Notes: generated by a model from the letters alone, not told the origin. A stretch of DNA of 64,000 nucleotides from an uncultured Candidatus Saccharibacteria bacterium (GCA_964621395.1 CAZULS010000002.1:23306-87305); one strand, 5' to 3'. Counted from the first letter of the stretch, positions 38,854 through 48,881 are shown. Numbers and translations are program-made.

Positions 38854-39555
38854 ATGGAAGAATCAAATCTTACAGCTTTTCTCAAACGTGCCGGCGTGGA
38901 AATGTCCGATATGCAGATTCTCATGCAGGCATTTACCCACCGCTCGTACTTAAACGAACATCCTAATCTTGGTTACGGTCATAATGAGCGCCTGGAATTT
39001 TTGGGTGACGCAGTGCTCGAGCTTTCTGTGACCGATTATCTTTATCGAGAGTATCCGGAGGAATCGGAAGGAGAGCTCACCGCATATCGCGCCGCACTGG
39101 TAAATACAGTGAGTATTTCAAGTGCAGCGAAGAGACTCGGCATGGAAGAGTGCCTGCAGCTTTCGCGCGGAGAAGCCAGGGGGACGGAAAAAGCACGCCA
39201 GTATATTCTTGCCAATACCTTTGAGGCAGTGATTGGCGCCATCTATCTTGACCAAGGGTATGAAGCGGCGGACCGTTTTATTAGTACTCATCTGACGCCG
39301 ACGATTACCGATATTATTAAAAAGCGTCTCTGGCAGGACGCCAAGAGCTATTTCCAAGAGCGTGCGCAAGACAAAGTGAATATCACGCCATCGTATAAGG
39401 TGGTGAAGGAAAGCGGTCCAGATCACGACAAGCAATTCACAGTGGGAGTGTATCTCGGGGAAGAGCTCGTAGCGAAAGGAAACGGTCGTTCCAAACAAGA
39501 CGCCGAACAAGAAGCGGCAGGCAATGCACTTGATGCTAAGGAGTGGCGAACCTAA
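38854..39555 (+). CDS. rnc: Ribonuclease III
   Basis: HNERLEFLGDAVLE plus dsRBD. Confidence 0.97.
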   Translation: MEESNLTAFLKRAGVEMSDMQILMQAFTHRSYLNEHPNLGYGHNERLEFLGDAVLELSVTDYLYREYPEESEGELTAYRAALVNTVSISSAAKRLGMEECLQLSRGEARGTEKARQYILANTFEAVIGAIYLDQGYEAADRFISTHLTPTITDIIKKRLWQDAKSYFQERAQDKVNITPSYKVVKESGPDHDKQFTVGVYLGEELVAKGNGRSKQDAEQEAAGNALDAKEWRT

Positions 39556-39619
39556 ATCAATGCCACTTCTCTTTCAGAAAAAAGAGAAGTGGCATTGATC
39601 GGTCAGAGGAAGAGTAAAC

Positions 39620-39925
39620 TTGCCGTCATTCATTTCATACTTGATGCGGGATCTAAAAATAAAAAAACCAAAGAAAACACAAAACACTGCGAGCATGTAT
39701 GCTCGCAGTGTTTTGTGTTCCCAACGCCCTCTCTTGTCATTCCGGCCTCCGAGCCGGAATCCAGGGTCTTGTGCATATTATTTATGTCTGACTGGATTCT
39801 GAATCAAGTTCAGAATGACAAGTTATTACTTTCCACTGTCATTCCCGCCTCCGAGCGGGAATCTTCACAGAATCATCCTCAGAGGTTAGCTTGGGGAGAT
39901 CCCGCATCAAGTGCGGGATGACACA
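39620..39925. repeat. Cluster of about 5 REP-like GTCATTC/GGAATGAC hairpins
   Basis: Units near 39624, 39736, 39795, 39838 and 39897 in alternating orientation. Confidence 0.85.
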
Positions 39926-40064
39926 AAATAGAGTATAGAAAAAGCAACGCGATCATGAATGACCGCGCTGCTTTCTGTGCCGTTGACATACAGAGTGTAT
40001 AATGCTTAACTAACTATGGTCCTAAAAAGTTGTTTCAGGTTTAATCCAAAAGGAGAAGAGAACG

Positions 40065-40553
40065 ATGGGTAATACTACACAGAAGCTACCTTCAGAAGAA
40101 GTGTTTATGCAAGCACTTCAAATACTTAACCAGTCAGGACATCTCTTTGAAGACTATCTTGCGAAATCAGTTATTTCACGACAGGTTAAGTTATTGCAAC
40201 AGCAAAAACCGGAATCTCTTGAAATTTTGTCGTCTTCTGAGTTATTAGACCTCTTTTTCGACGTTCCTCTTCCTTCTTCTCGAGAACAAGTTGTTGTCAT
40301 GAACGAAATTGTTTCTCGATTTGAGAAGGTTGATGATTTCACGGGCGTGTATGAACTTTATAAAAGTTCTGAAATGTTTTCCGCACTATGGGGACGTGCA
40401 CATGAGAGAATATTTCTTTGCGGTTGGTTATCGAAATGCGAGACAGAGAATCACGTGCGTGAAGTATGGGAAAAGGCGGTGGGAAGTAGGTGCCACCTCT
40501 ACTCCATGTTCCTTATTCTGAAACGCCTTGCTGAAATTATTACCAAAGAGTGA
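40065..40553 (+). CDS. Hypothetical helical protein (orphan cassette)
   Basis: AAGGAG SD, TTGACA at about 39983, terminator at about 40567-40597. Confidence 0.7.
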   Translation: MGNTTQKLPSEEVFMQALQILNQSGHLFEDYLAKSVISRQVKLLQQQKPESLEILSSSELLDLFFDVPLPSSREQVVVMNEIVSRFEKVDDFTGVYELYKSSEMFSALWGRAHERIFLCGWLSKCETENHVREVWEKAVGSRCHLYSMFLILKRLAEIITKE

Positions 40554-40661
40554 ACAAGGCCGTTTCAAAAGACTGTACAAGAAGTACAGTCTTTTTTCTA
40601 TTTTAGTCGTAACTTCTCTTAACGACTGTGTGAGCAGTCGTTTTTTGCTATAATACAGAGC

Positions 40662-42914
40662 ATGCTGAAATCGATTGAGGTGCAGGGGTTTAAGTCGTTT
40701 GCGAAGAAGAGCGAGCTTGAATTCTCCGCACCTATTTCTTGTATTGTGGGGCCCAACGGTTCCGGAAAATCAAATGTCACCGAGGCGCTGCGCTTTGTCT
40801 TGGGTGAGCAGTCTATGAAATCGCTTCGCAGCAAACGCGGAGAGGATTTGATTTGGAGCGGGTCGCAGGGGGCGCCGCGTTCGGGACGAGCGAGTGTGGA
40901 GATTGTCTTTGATAATACAAAGCGCATGTTTGATATGGATTTCGATGAAGTGTCGCTCAAACGCGTGGTCTCACGCGACGGAACAAACGAATATTTTGTG
41001 AATGGCTCGGCGGTGCGCCTGAAAGATGTGATGGAGCTTCTCTCCTCAGTGCATGTGGGCGCGTCCGGGCATCATATTATTTCCCAAGGAGAGGCGGACC
41101 GTATTTTGAATACATCGGCGAAAGAGCGTCGCAATATTGTGGAAGATGCGCTCGGTTTGAAAATTTATCACTTCAAGATTGCCGAGAGCGAAAAGAAGCT
41201 CAAGAAAACAGAGGAGAACATGAAGGAGGTGGAGGCTTTGCGAAGAGAGATTGCGCCTCATATGCGTTTCCTCAAAAAGCAGGTGGAGAAGGTGGAGAAG
41301 GCTCAAGAGCTTCGAGAAAAGCTCCGCGGACTCTATGTGGAGTATCTCAAGCGTGAGTCGCTCTATCTTGCGCATGCCGGAGATGAATACGAAACAAAAA
41401 AGAAAGAGCTTTCTCACAAACTTGAAGCGGTGGAGAAACGCATTGCCGAGGCACAAGCACGCATTGCCGGCCAAGAGAAGGGAGAGGACGTGGAGGATAC
41501 GTCAAAGCGATTACAGCTTGAAGAGGCGGTGAAAAAAGCACGTGAGAGAAAGGAGGTGGCGGGCAAAGAGCTCGGGCGCATTGAAGGTATGCTTTCAATT
41601 ACCGAAGGGCGTATTGCGCGTGCTGAAAAAGAGACCTATCATCCCGTGAGTCACGAATCAGTAACGCGTTTTCTTGATGGATTAGAGGAAGCGCTGAAAG
41701 ACACGAGCGACACCAGTATGCTCGGACGTATCCTCATGGATGTGAAAAAGCGCATTGAAGATTTTCGCTCGTCGGTCGTGAGCGAGAGTAAGGAAGCGGA
41801 AATTGCTGCTGCCGCCGAAGAGAAGGTGCGATTGGAGACAGAGCGAAAGGAAGCACATGATTTCTTTGAACACGCGGGAAACGATGAAGACGCGGCGCGG
41901 CGCGCACTGGCCGCTTACGAACACGAAGTAGCGGAAGAGAAAAGCGCATCACACACTGCCGAAACGGAACTCTATGCGTATCGCGCGGAAAGAAACGAGA
42001 TTTCTGCACAGATGGCACGTGTGGAGGACACTCTGGCGCGTATTGAAAAAGACTCGCACGTCTTTGAAGAAGAGATTCGTGAAGGCATGGTGCTCATTGG
42101 CGGTGCTATTCGAGATTTTGATACGTATGTATGTGATGAGACAGAAGCACTGAATGAAGCGCGCGAGGCCCAGGAGGATCGCCGTCGCAGTATTGAGCGT
42201 ATTAAGATTCGCTTAGAGGAGACAGGGGTTGGCGGGGGAGAAGACGTGCTGAAGGAATACGAAGAGACAGCAGAGCGCGATGGATTCCTTGCTTCACAGC
42301 TCGGTGATTTGGAAGAGACAGCCACATCACTTCGCACACTTGCAGCTGAGTTGGAGGCAGAGCTTGATACGGCGTTTAAGAGTGGTTTGGAGAAAATCAA
42401 TGAACAATTCAATACCTTTTTCACGCTTATGTTTGGTGGGGGAAATGCCGCACTCAAACTGGTAAAAATGGAAAAGCGCAAGAAGAAAGATGAGGAGATT
42501 GATATTGATATGGATAATATGGACGGAAGCCTAAACGCCGACGAGTCGGCGTCGGCCGAGGAGGGAATCGATATTGCGGTGTCGTTGCCACGAAAGAAAA
42601 TCCACGGACTGCAGATGCTCTCAGGTGGGGAGCGTGCACTGACATCTATTGCACTCATCTTTGCCATGTCGCAGATCAACCCGCCGCCGTTTCTCGTCCT
42701 TGATGAAACGGACGCGGCACTCGATGAAGCCAATTCGCGCCGCTATGGCGACATGCTCGAGAATCTTGCAAAGCATTCCCAGCTTATTGTGGTGACCCAC
42801 AATCGCGAGACGATGTCACGGGCAGGTGTGCTCTACGGTGTGACTATGGGATCCGACGCTGTTTCTCGCCTCATCTCAGTGAAGCTCGAAGAAGCTGCGG
42901 CGTATGCGAAATGA
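40662..42914 (+). CDS. smc: Short SMC-family ATPase
   Basis: GFKSF, GPNGSGKSN, LSGGE, LDETDAALD, VTH. Only 750 aa. Confidence 0.9.
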   Translation: MLKSIEVQGFKSFAKKSELEFSAPISCIVGPNGSGKSNVTEALRFVLGEQSMKSLRSKRGEDLIWSGSQGAPRSGRASVEIVFDNTKRMFDMDFDEVSLKRVVSRDGTNEYFVNGSAVRLKDVMELLSSVHVGASGHHIISQGEADRILNTSAKERRNIVEDALGLKIYHFKIAESEKKLKKTEENMKEVEALRREIAPHMRFLKKQVEKVEKAQELREKLRGLYVEYLKRESLYLAHAGDEYETKKKELSHKLEAVEKRIAEAQARIAGQEKGEDVEDTSKRLQLEEAVKKARERKEVAGKELGRIEGMLSITEGRIARAEKETYHPVSHESVTRFLDGLEEALKDTSDTSMLGRILMDVKKRIEDFRSSVVSESKEAEIAAAAEEKVRLETERKEAHDFFEHAGNDEDAARRALAAYEHEVAEEKSASHTAETELYAYRAERNEISAQMARVEDTLARIEKDSHVFEEEIREGMVLIGGAIRDFDTYVCDETEALNEAREAQEDRRRSIERIKIRLEETGVGGGEDVLKEYEETAERDGFLASQLGDLEETATSLRTLAAELEAELDTAFKSGLEKINEQFNTFFTLMFGGGNAALKLVKMEKRKKKDEEIDIDMDNMDGSLNADESASAEEGIDIAVSLPRKKIHGLQMLSGGERALTSIALIFAMSQINPPPFLVLDETDAALDEANSRRYGDMLENLAKHSQLIVVTHNRETMSRAGVLYGVTMGSDAVSRLISVKLEEAAAYAK

Positions 42915-43127
42915 TTTTGAAATATGAAGAACGAAATATGAAATATGTATAAAACAGAGCAATCTTCTCCTCCGTCATCCCGCACTTGATGCGGGATCTC
43001 GAGCAAGTGCTTTCATAAAATAAGATTCCCGATCAAGTCGGGAATGACAAAAAATAGAAAAAGAAAAAGGCGCGATGTTCCTTCAGGAACATCGCGCCGT
43101 CTCGATTTTCGCGGTACCATATTATAT

Positions 43128-43514
43128 ATGAAACATATTTCACCAGTATTTTCGATAATCATTATTGGTCTTGTTGTCGGATATGTACTAACCGACTTTG
43201 TCTTCATTGGAGATTGGACATATCTTTTCATTGTTCCCTCGTTATTCGGTATCGCAGTTGTTTTGGCGCAGAAAGGAAATCGCAGTATTGATTTTCTAAA
43301 ATACTTGGCGATAGGGTCTATGTTGTTCGGTGTGTTCATGCCAGCTCTTCATTATGGGAAGATGTGGTATTTGTATAGCGAAAAGATGAGCATGACGTTT
43401 GATATGATGATAACACAAAGCGTCATGCCAACAGTTTTTTATTTTACAACCGTAAGTTTTATTGCGGGACTTCTCGCTATTGTTGCGCGAGGATTTTGGG
43501 GTATGAGGAAATAA
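43128..43514 (+). CDS. 4-TM membrane protein flanked by direct repeats
   Basis: Hydrophobic 128-aa ORF. TACCAT -10 element 7 nt before ATG. Confidence 0.7.
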   Translation: MKHISPVFSIIIIGLVVGYVLTDFVFIGDWTYLFIVPSLFGIAVVLAQKGNRSIDFLKYLAIGSMLFGVFMPALHYGKMWYLYSEKMSMTFDMMITQSVMPTVFYFTTVSFIAGLLAIVARGFWGMRK

Positions 43515-43678
43515 TATGGTGTCATTCTGAACTCGATTCAGAATCTATCCCGATGTTGTCTTTAATGACGAAGATTCCGCATCAAGTGCGGAATGACAGA
43601 GAATAGAAAAAAGAAAAAGGCGCGATGTTCCCGAAGGAACACCGCGCCTTTTGGCTTGAGAAAGTAAAAACCCGGCAA

Positions 43679-44401
43679 TTATGCGCCGGGCTTTGCTCGT
43701 TTCTTAAACGTTTTCACATCTGCATGACCAGACACCAGTGCGACCGGCAATGATGCGAAGAATGCCACAAACGGTGTTGCAATGAACGTTTGGGTTGTGT
43801 TCCATTTGTGCCATACGTCCCCGAGACAGAAGAGTGTAAAAATACTCACTCCAATGGTGCCAACAAGGTGAACGGTCTCCTTTGTAAACACCTCTGTATC
43901 ATCACCAACAGCAAGAAAGAATCCGAAGAGACACAGACCAATGAGCTGAACATAGTGTACTGCCGTTGTTATTATCTCGCTGCACAGAAAGATAATACTC
44001 GCAATGACAAGGATAACAAGGGTCCCTATTGTCATACATTTGTCATTGAGGAACGTTGGATACATCTTTGTGTCTTGGAATAATCTTTTCGATGCCGCAA
44101 CAAGAAAGAGTGGTTGCACAAATATGTATTGCGCTTCTCCATGTGCGAAATACGTGTAGAGAAAGATTGAGAAGAACATGAGTGCAGCCAAAACAACAGA
44201 TACGCGCATCTGTGTTCTGTCTTTTGTAATCAAATAGTTGACTGCCAGTACATCCGCGAGGATATAGAAGACAGAAATGAGAACGAATTCCGTTTTGTTC
44301 CCTGTGACATCAAGTGACAGCGCGATAGTGAGTGAAATGATGAAGAAAGGAGCTGTCAGAATTTGGAGACGATACGGCTCCAGTGCTTTTGGTAATGACA
44401 T
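43679..44401 (-). CDS. Multi-pass membrane protein (orphan cassette)
   Basis: About 8 hydrophobic segments, TTGCAT-17-TACTAT promoter upstream. Confidence 0.75.
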   Translation of the reverse strand: MSLPKALEPYRLQILTAPFFIISLTIALSLDVTGNKTEFVLISVFYILADVLAVNYLITKDRTQMRVSVVLAALMFFSIFLYTYFAHGEAQYIFVQPLFLVAASKRLFQDTKMYPTFLNDKCMTIGTLVILVIASIIFLCSEIITTAVHYVQLIGLCLFGFFLAVGDDTEVFTKETVHLVGTIGVSIFTLFCLGDVWHKWNTTQTFIATPFVAFFASLPVALVSGHADVKTFKKRAKPGA

Positions 44402-44551
44402 CGTCTTCTGGTTTTAGTGTGATTGAAGGTACAGGTATTGGCGTATAGTAATCATTATTTGATTGATATGCAAGCAAAAAGCGCGGGCGTATGCCCGCGC
44501 TTTTTACTGTCTCTTGCAAAGCCACATTACCTATTTTCTAATTCCTAACTT

Positions 44552-46666
44552 CTAACTCCTATCCTCTATCACCTCCATATCAAGCGAACGGGTGGCGATG
44601 TCGGCGCGGACGAGACGCACGCGAACATGATCGCCCACGCGGTAGCGCTTTTTGGTGCGTTGTCCCACGAGTGCATACTGTGCTTGATCGTACTCATACA
44701 TGTCATCACTTAGTGTGCGCACGTGTACCAATCCATCGCCGAGTGTTTCTGCCTCTTGCACGAAGAAGCCGAAGTTGGTCACACCGGAGATGGTACCTTC
44801 AAATTCTTCTCCCACGCGGCCTTTGAGATATTCCACTTGCTTATATTTCACAGACGAACGCTCCGCTTCAGCGGCTTTTGCTTCGCGTTCGGAGGCGTAC
44901 CGCGTCATCACTTCGTAGCGCTCGAGCTCTTCTTCACTCGCACGATTTTCCGCAAGTTCGTGTGCAAGCAAACGGTGCACCATGAGATCGGGATATCGGC
45001 GAATAGGAGAGGTGAAGTGTGTGTAATGCTCAAAAGCAAGTCCGTAGTGTCCGATATTGTTTGTGGAATAGATTGCCTTTGCCATGGAGCGAATAGCCGC
45101 GGTGGTGATCACACGTTCTTCCTCAGAGCCTTCAATTGCTTTGAGAAGCGTGTTGATATCGCGAGAATCCGGACCTTCACCTTCTTTGCCAAGCGGCAGG
45201 TCATAGCCGAGTGTTTTCACAAATGTAGCAAGCTCGGCAATGCGGTCTTCGTTGGGGACATCATGCACGCGATACACAAAAGAATCAGCCACTGCCGGAT
45301 TGGCACGGTCGATATACTCAGCTACGCGCTTATTCGCCAGAAGCATCAAATCTTCCACCAATTTGTGAGCGGCGAAGCGTTCTTTTATTTTCACCCCTGT
45401 GGGCACACCACTTGCATCCAGCGTGAATTTTACTTCTTGTGTTTCAAAGGCGATGGCGCCTTTTTCAAACCGCTCTTTGCGGAGCGCTTCAGACACCGCG
45501 TTGAGCGAAGTGAGCGCTTCAGTGTGCGGACTCTCGGCACCTTCAAGCACTGCTTGTGCATCTTCATAGGTGAAGCGCTTGTCGGAATAGATCACACTGC
45601 GACCAAACCATTCCTTGGTAATATCCACAGCACCTCTCCGAAGTGCCGTGCGGTCAATTTCAAAGACGGCAGAGAAGGCGAGTTTGTCTTCTTCCGGATT
45701 CAAACTGCATACATCATTGGAAAGCACTTCCGGAAGCATCGGGATGGTGCGGTCTACCAGATACACTGATGTGGCACGTGTGGCAGCCTCGGCATCAATA
45801 GCGCCACCGGGTGTCACATAGTGTGAGACATCGGCAATGTGCACGCCCACTTCGATTGTCTTCTCATTTATCACACGGAAGGAAAGTGCGTCATCAAAAT
45901 CCTTCGCATCTTCCGGGTCGATGGTGCAGGTGAAGATATCGCGCATATCACGACGCTTTGCAATTTCTTCTTCCGAAATACTCCGATCAATGAGCGAAGC
46001 CTCGCGTTCTACCTCTTCGGGAAAATCAGGAGCAATACCGCGTTCGAAACACACAGCGCGCATTTCTGTTTCGTGATCGCCCGCCATACCGATACGCTCA
46101 AGCACCTGGCCTTTTGGGGTGGTGTTGGCGTCATTCCATGGATGCATGTTCACATACACTTTCTCGCCTTCGCGCACGGGCGTGGTGTCGTCTGTGATAC
46201 AAATCTTCACATACATGCGATTGTCATCAGGGACGACAGACGTGCCACATTCTTCTTTCACCACGGTGCCCACAAAGCGCATGCGTGTGCGGGTGATAAT
46301 CTCTTCCACACGGCCCTGTATTTCACCGCGCATGTTTTTGCCTGTGGTGTGCACGCGGACGATATCACCATGAAAAGCGGTGCCCAAATGTTCCGGCTCA
46401 ATGCGCACACGCTCGGTACTCTCAGACGAAAGGGGAATATATCCCACGCCTTTACCGGTGATGGAGATGATTCCTTCCAGCTCTTTTGTCTTTATCTTTC
46501 CGCGCTTCGGCTTGCCCGTCATTCCTTTGCCTGCGCCCGCTTTCGGGTGGGCAGGCTTGCCCTTAGCGCCTGAAAAACCCCGACGTGAATCGGATTTCGT
46601 GCCCGGGCGTTTCTTTGAAGCGCCTTTTCGAGGAGCCTTGCTCCCTTTAGATTTGAATTGTTTCAT
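44552..46666 (-). CDS. rnr: Ribonuclease R
   Basis: TIDPEDAKDFDDA, HFTSPIRRYPD, C-terminal S1 domain. Confidence 0.95.
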   Translation of the reverse strand: MKQFKSKGSKAPRKGASKKRPGTKSDSRRGFSGAKGKPAHPKAGAGKGMTGKPKRGKIKTKELEGIISITGKGVGYIPLSSESTERVRIEPEHLGTAFHGDIVRVHTTGKNMRGEIQGRVEEIITRTRMRFVGTVVKEECGTSVVPDDNRMYVKICITDDTTPVREGEKVYVNMHPWNDANTTPKGQVLERIGMAGDHETEMRAVCFERGIAPDFPEEVEREASLIDRSISEEEIAKRRDMRDIFTCTIDPEDAKDFDDALSFRVINEKTIEVGVHIADVSHYVTPGGAIDAEAATRATSVYLVDRTIPMLPEVLSNDVCSLNPEEDKLAFSAVFEIDRTALRRGAVDITKEWFGRSVIYSDKRFTYEDAQAVLEGAESPHTEALTSLNAVSEALRKERFEKGAIAFETQEVKFTLDASGVPTGVKIKERFAAHKLVEDLMLLANKRVAEYIDRANPAVADSFVYRVHDVPNEDRIAELATFVKTLGYDLPLGKEGEGPDSRDINTLLKAIEGSEEERVITTAAIRSMAKAIYSTNNIGHYGLAFEHYTHFTSPIRRYPDLMVHRLLAHELAENRASEEELERYEVMTRYASEREAKAAEAERSSVKYKQVEYLKGRVGEEFEGTISGVTNFGFFVQEAETLGDGLVHVRTLSDDMYEYDQAQYALVGQRTKKRYRVGDHVRVRLVRADIATRSLDMEVIEDRS

Positions 46667-46732
46667 TGTGCGCAGTATAGCAGAAACCACTTTTGCTTGC
46701 CAGATGTGCGAGGGTGTGCTAGGATATGCCCC

Positions 46733-47269
46733 ATGTTAAAAATACGTTTACAACGCGTTGGCCGTAAACATGACCCGTCTTTCCGCGTGGTGGTGACGGA
46801 TTCTCGTTTCGCTGCTCAGAGTGGTAAGGCGCTTGAAGTACTCGGTTCATATAACCCGCGTTTCGATAACCCAACACTCAAAGAAGATCGTATCAAGGAA
46901 TGGATTGCCAAAGGTGCGCAGACATCCGGTACGGTACACAACATCCTCGTTGGCGCAGGTATTATTGAAGGGAAGAAGGTGAATGTGCTCCCGAAGAAGG
47001 CACCGATTAAGAAGGAGAATGAAGACCAAAACGCCGACGAGTCGGCATCGGTCAAGGAGGCAGAAGCGGAAGCTCCGGTGGCGGAAGAAGCATCGTCTGA
47101 GACACCAGCTGACCAAAATTCCTCTGAAGAGGAATTGGTCAAGGAAGAAGCTGCACCTGAAGCTCTAGCTGAAGAGAAGGCAGAAGAGACATCTCAAGAA
47201 GAAGCACCAACTGAAGCTGAAGCATCTGAAGATGCACCGGCTGAAGAGGAAGAGAAGAAAGAAGAGTAA
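46733..47269 (+). CDS. rpsP: 30S ribosomal protein bS16 with long acidic tail
   Basis: MLKIRLQRVG, EVLGSYNP, WIAKGAQ. Confidence 0.96.
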   Translation: MLKIRLQRVGRKHDPSFRVVVTDSRFAAQSGKALEVLGSYNPRFDNPTLKEDRIKEWIAKGAQTSGTVHNILVGAGIIEGKKVNVLPKKAPIKKENEDQNADESASVKEAEAEAPVAEEASSETPADQNSSEEELVKEEAAPEALAEEKAEETSQEEAPTEAEASEDAPAEEEEKKEE

Positions 47270-47281
47270 TATAATAATCCA

Positions 47282-47395
47282 AAAACAGCCTGACACCACT
47301 TTTACATTTCTTTTCAAGAAACACCGTCTCGTGACGGTGTTTCTTGAATCATGATATAAACGTCTTCGTAATCGAAAGTGGTGTCAGGCTGTTTT
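47282..47395. mobile_element. 114-bp TIR-bounded mini-element with internal hairpin
   Basis: Perfect 21-bp IR AAAACAGCCTGACACCACTTT, internal 16-bp stem at 47313-47348. Confidence 0.7.
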
Positions 47396-47472
47396 GTGTT
47401 TGACCCAACAATTCCCAACGTGTATTCTAGAGGAAGGAATTTGTTTTTTCTAACACTTAATCATACAACGCT

Positions 47473-47748
47473 ATGCAGGTACAAATGATTACTGTGGTCT
47501 TTTTGATGTTTACCACAATTTTTGCTTGGGGTTTGAGCGCAAGCATGGAGGATGAGGGATTTAAATGGAAAGGTCTCTCGGGTATGTTTCTCATCATTGT
47601 TCTGTTTTGCGGAACAGTTGGGGTACTTCCTTTTGCGCTTCCCCTTGATCAAGTGGAGGCACTTGCGTCCCCGTTAGCTATTGTTGCCTTCTTGGCATAC
47701 GTAGTTCCTTTGTTTGCTCACCGAAGACAAAAACACATCGCATCCTGA
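47473..47748 (+). CDS. Small 3-TM membrane protein (orphan cassette)
   Basis: TTGACC-17-TATTCT promoter, terminator ATCGCATC..GGTGCGATTTTT. Confidence 0.7.
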   Translation: MQVQMITVVFLMFTTIFAWGLSASMEDEGFKWKGLSGMFLIIVLFCGTVGVLPFALPLDQVEALASPLAIVAFLAYVVPLFAHRRQKHIAS

Positions 47749-47843
47749 GAGGTGCGATTTTTATTTGACTCCCCAACACAAAAAAGGTATGTTTTAGAGC
47801 ATTATAGTTCCTTAATTTTGAATGTAACTTAAACAGGAAGACG

Positions 47844-48131
47844 ATGGTAGACATACATCCTTTTCTCCTAGCCACAATTGTATTACTTCTTGTGGCAGGA
47901 ATGTTGTATTCGTTTGAAAGGACCAGACTCCTTTCTTTTGTTCCGAATATAATTGGCGTTTTCTTTTCTGGCCTTACGGGAGTACATATGTTTAGTGAGG
48001 GTCTCCATGATACGATGGCCCCTCTATTTTTCTTCTCCCCTGTGTTGGTGATAGCCGGGACAGAGTTTCTTCTTGCCTTTCTGTTCAAAAAAGCAAAGAA
48101 GGCATTGACACAAAAACCATGCACTGAGTAA
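47844..48131 (+). CDS. Small 3-TM membrane protein (orphan cassette)
   Basis: TTGACT-17-TATGTT promoter, terminator AAAAACCATGC..GCATGGTTTTT. Confidence 0.7.
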   Translation: MVDIHPFLLATIVLLLVAGMLYSFERTRLLSFVPNIIGVFFSGLTGVHMFSEGLHDTMAPLFFFSPVLVIAGTEFLLAFLFKKAKKALTQKPCTE

Positions 48132-48237
48132 AGCATGGTTTTTTTATTTGCATTGATTGTGATTTTCAAGTACAATAGGGCACATATCGTACTGTGAGGT
48201 ACGAATACATTATTGATAATTGTTGCATATATACCAT

Positions 48238-48594
48238 ATGGAAGCAGATCAAGCTTTTTTGGAGTTTGTTGTAAAGGCGATTGTTGACAATCCGGACGCT
48301 GTGAAGGTCGATCGTAAGACCGACGACATGGGCGTTCTTCTCACTCTCGATGTCGATCGTGAAGACATGGGTAAGGTAATTGGAAAGAGCGGAAACACCG
48401 CAAAGTCGATTCGTACGCTCCTCCGCGTTGTGGGCATGAAGAATGACGCACGCGTAAACCTTAAGATTGAAGAACCTGTTGGCGGTCTCCGCGACACCGG
48501 TAGCTACGGTGGGGGAGAAGCTCCGGCAGGAGACAGTGCTCCGTCTTCAGCAGCGGCAGATCTCGACGCTGCAATGGACGCACTCAAGGACTAA
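48238..48594 (+). CDS. khpA: KH-domain RNA-binding protein
   Basis: DMGKVIGKSG KH motif in the rpsP-trmD neighbourhood. Confidence 0.9.
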   Translation: MEADQAFLEFVVKAIVDNPDAVKVDRKTDDMGVLLTLDVDREDMGKVIGKSGNTAKSIRTLLRVVGMKNDARVNLKIEEPVGGLRDTGSYGGGEAPAGDSAPSSAAADLDAAMDALKD

Positions 48595-48881
48595 AGCGAC
48601 TAAAAAAGAAAAAAATCCTATAACATTGCCAAGGTAATGTTCGGATATACAAAAAAGTGCCCAAAAGGGCACTTTTTTGCAGCACATAAGAACACACGCG
48701 CAAGCTAAAGCCTGCGCGTGTGTTCTTTCAAGTACAAAGAATTATAATTATATAATTCCTGTAAATCACCGGCTTCTAAAGAGTACGGAAAGATGTTATA
48801 ATGTGAAAAATATTGTATTGAGCGTAATATGGAAGCAGACAAAGAGAATACTTTACATCAATACATTCTTAAACTAAGAAT

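Noticed and set aside
39620-39925. Clustered repeats resembling a CRISPR array
   Set aside because: Units alternate in orientation, vary in sequence and spacing, and no cas genes are present. They fit REP-like hairpins.
41450-41476. CCGGCCAAG in smc resembling the 3' flank of the 30-nt in-frame element
   Set aside because: It has no internal hairpin and no matching 5' flank.
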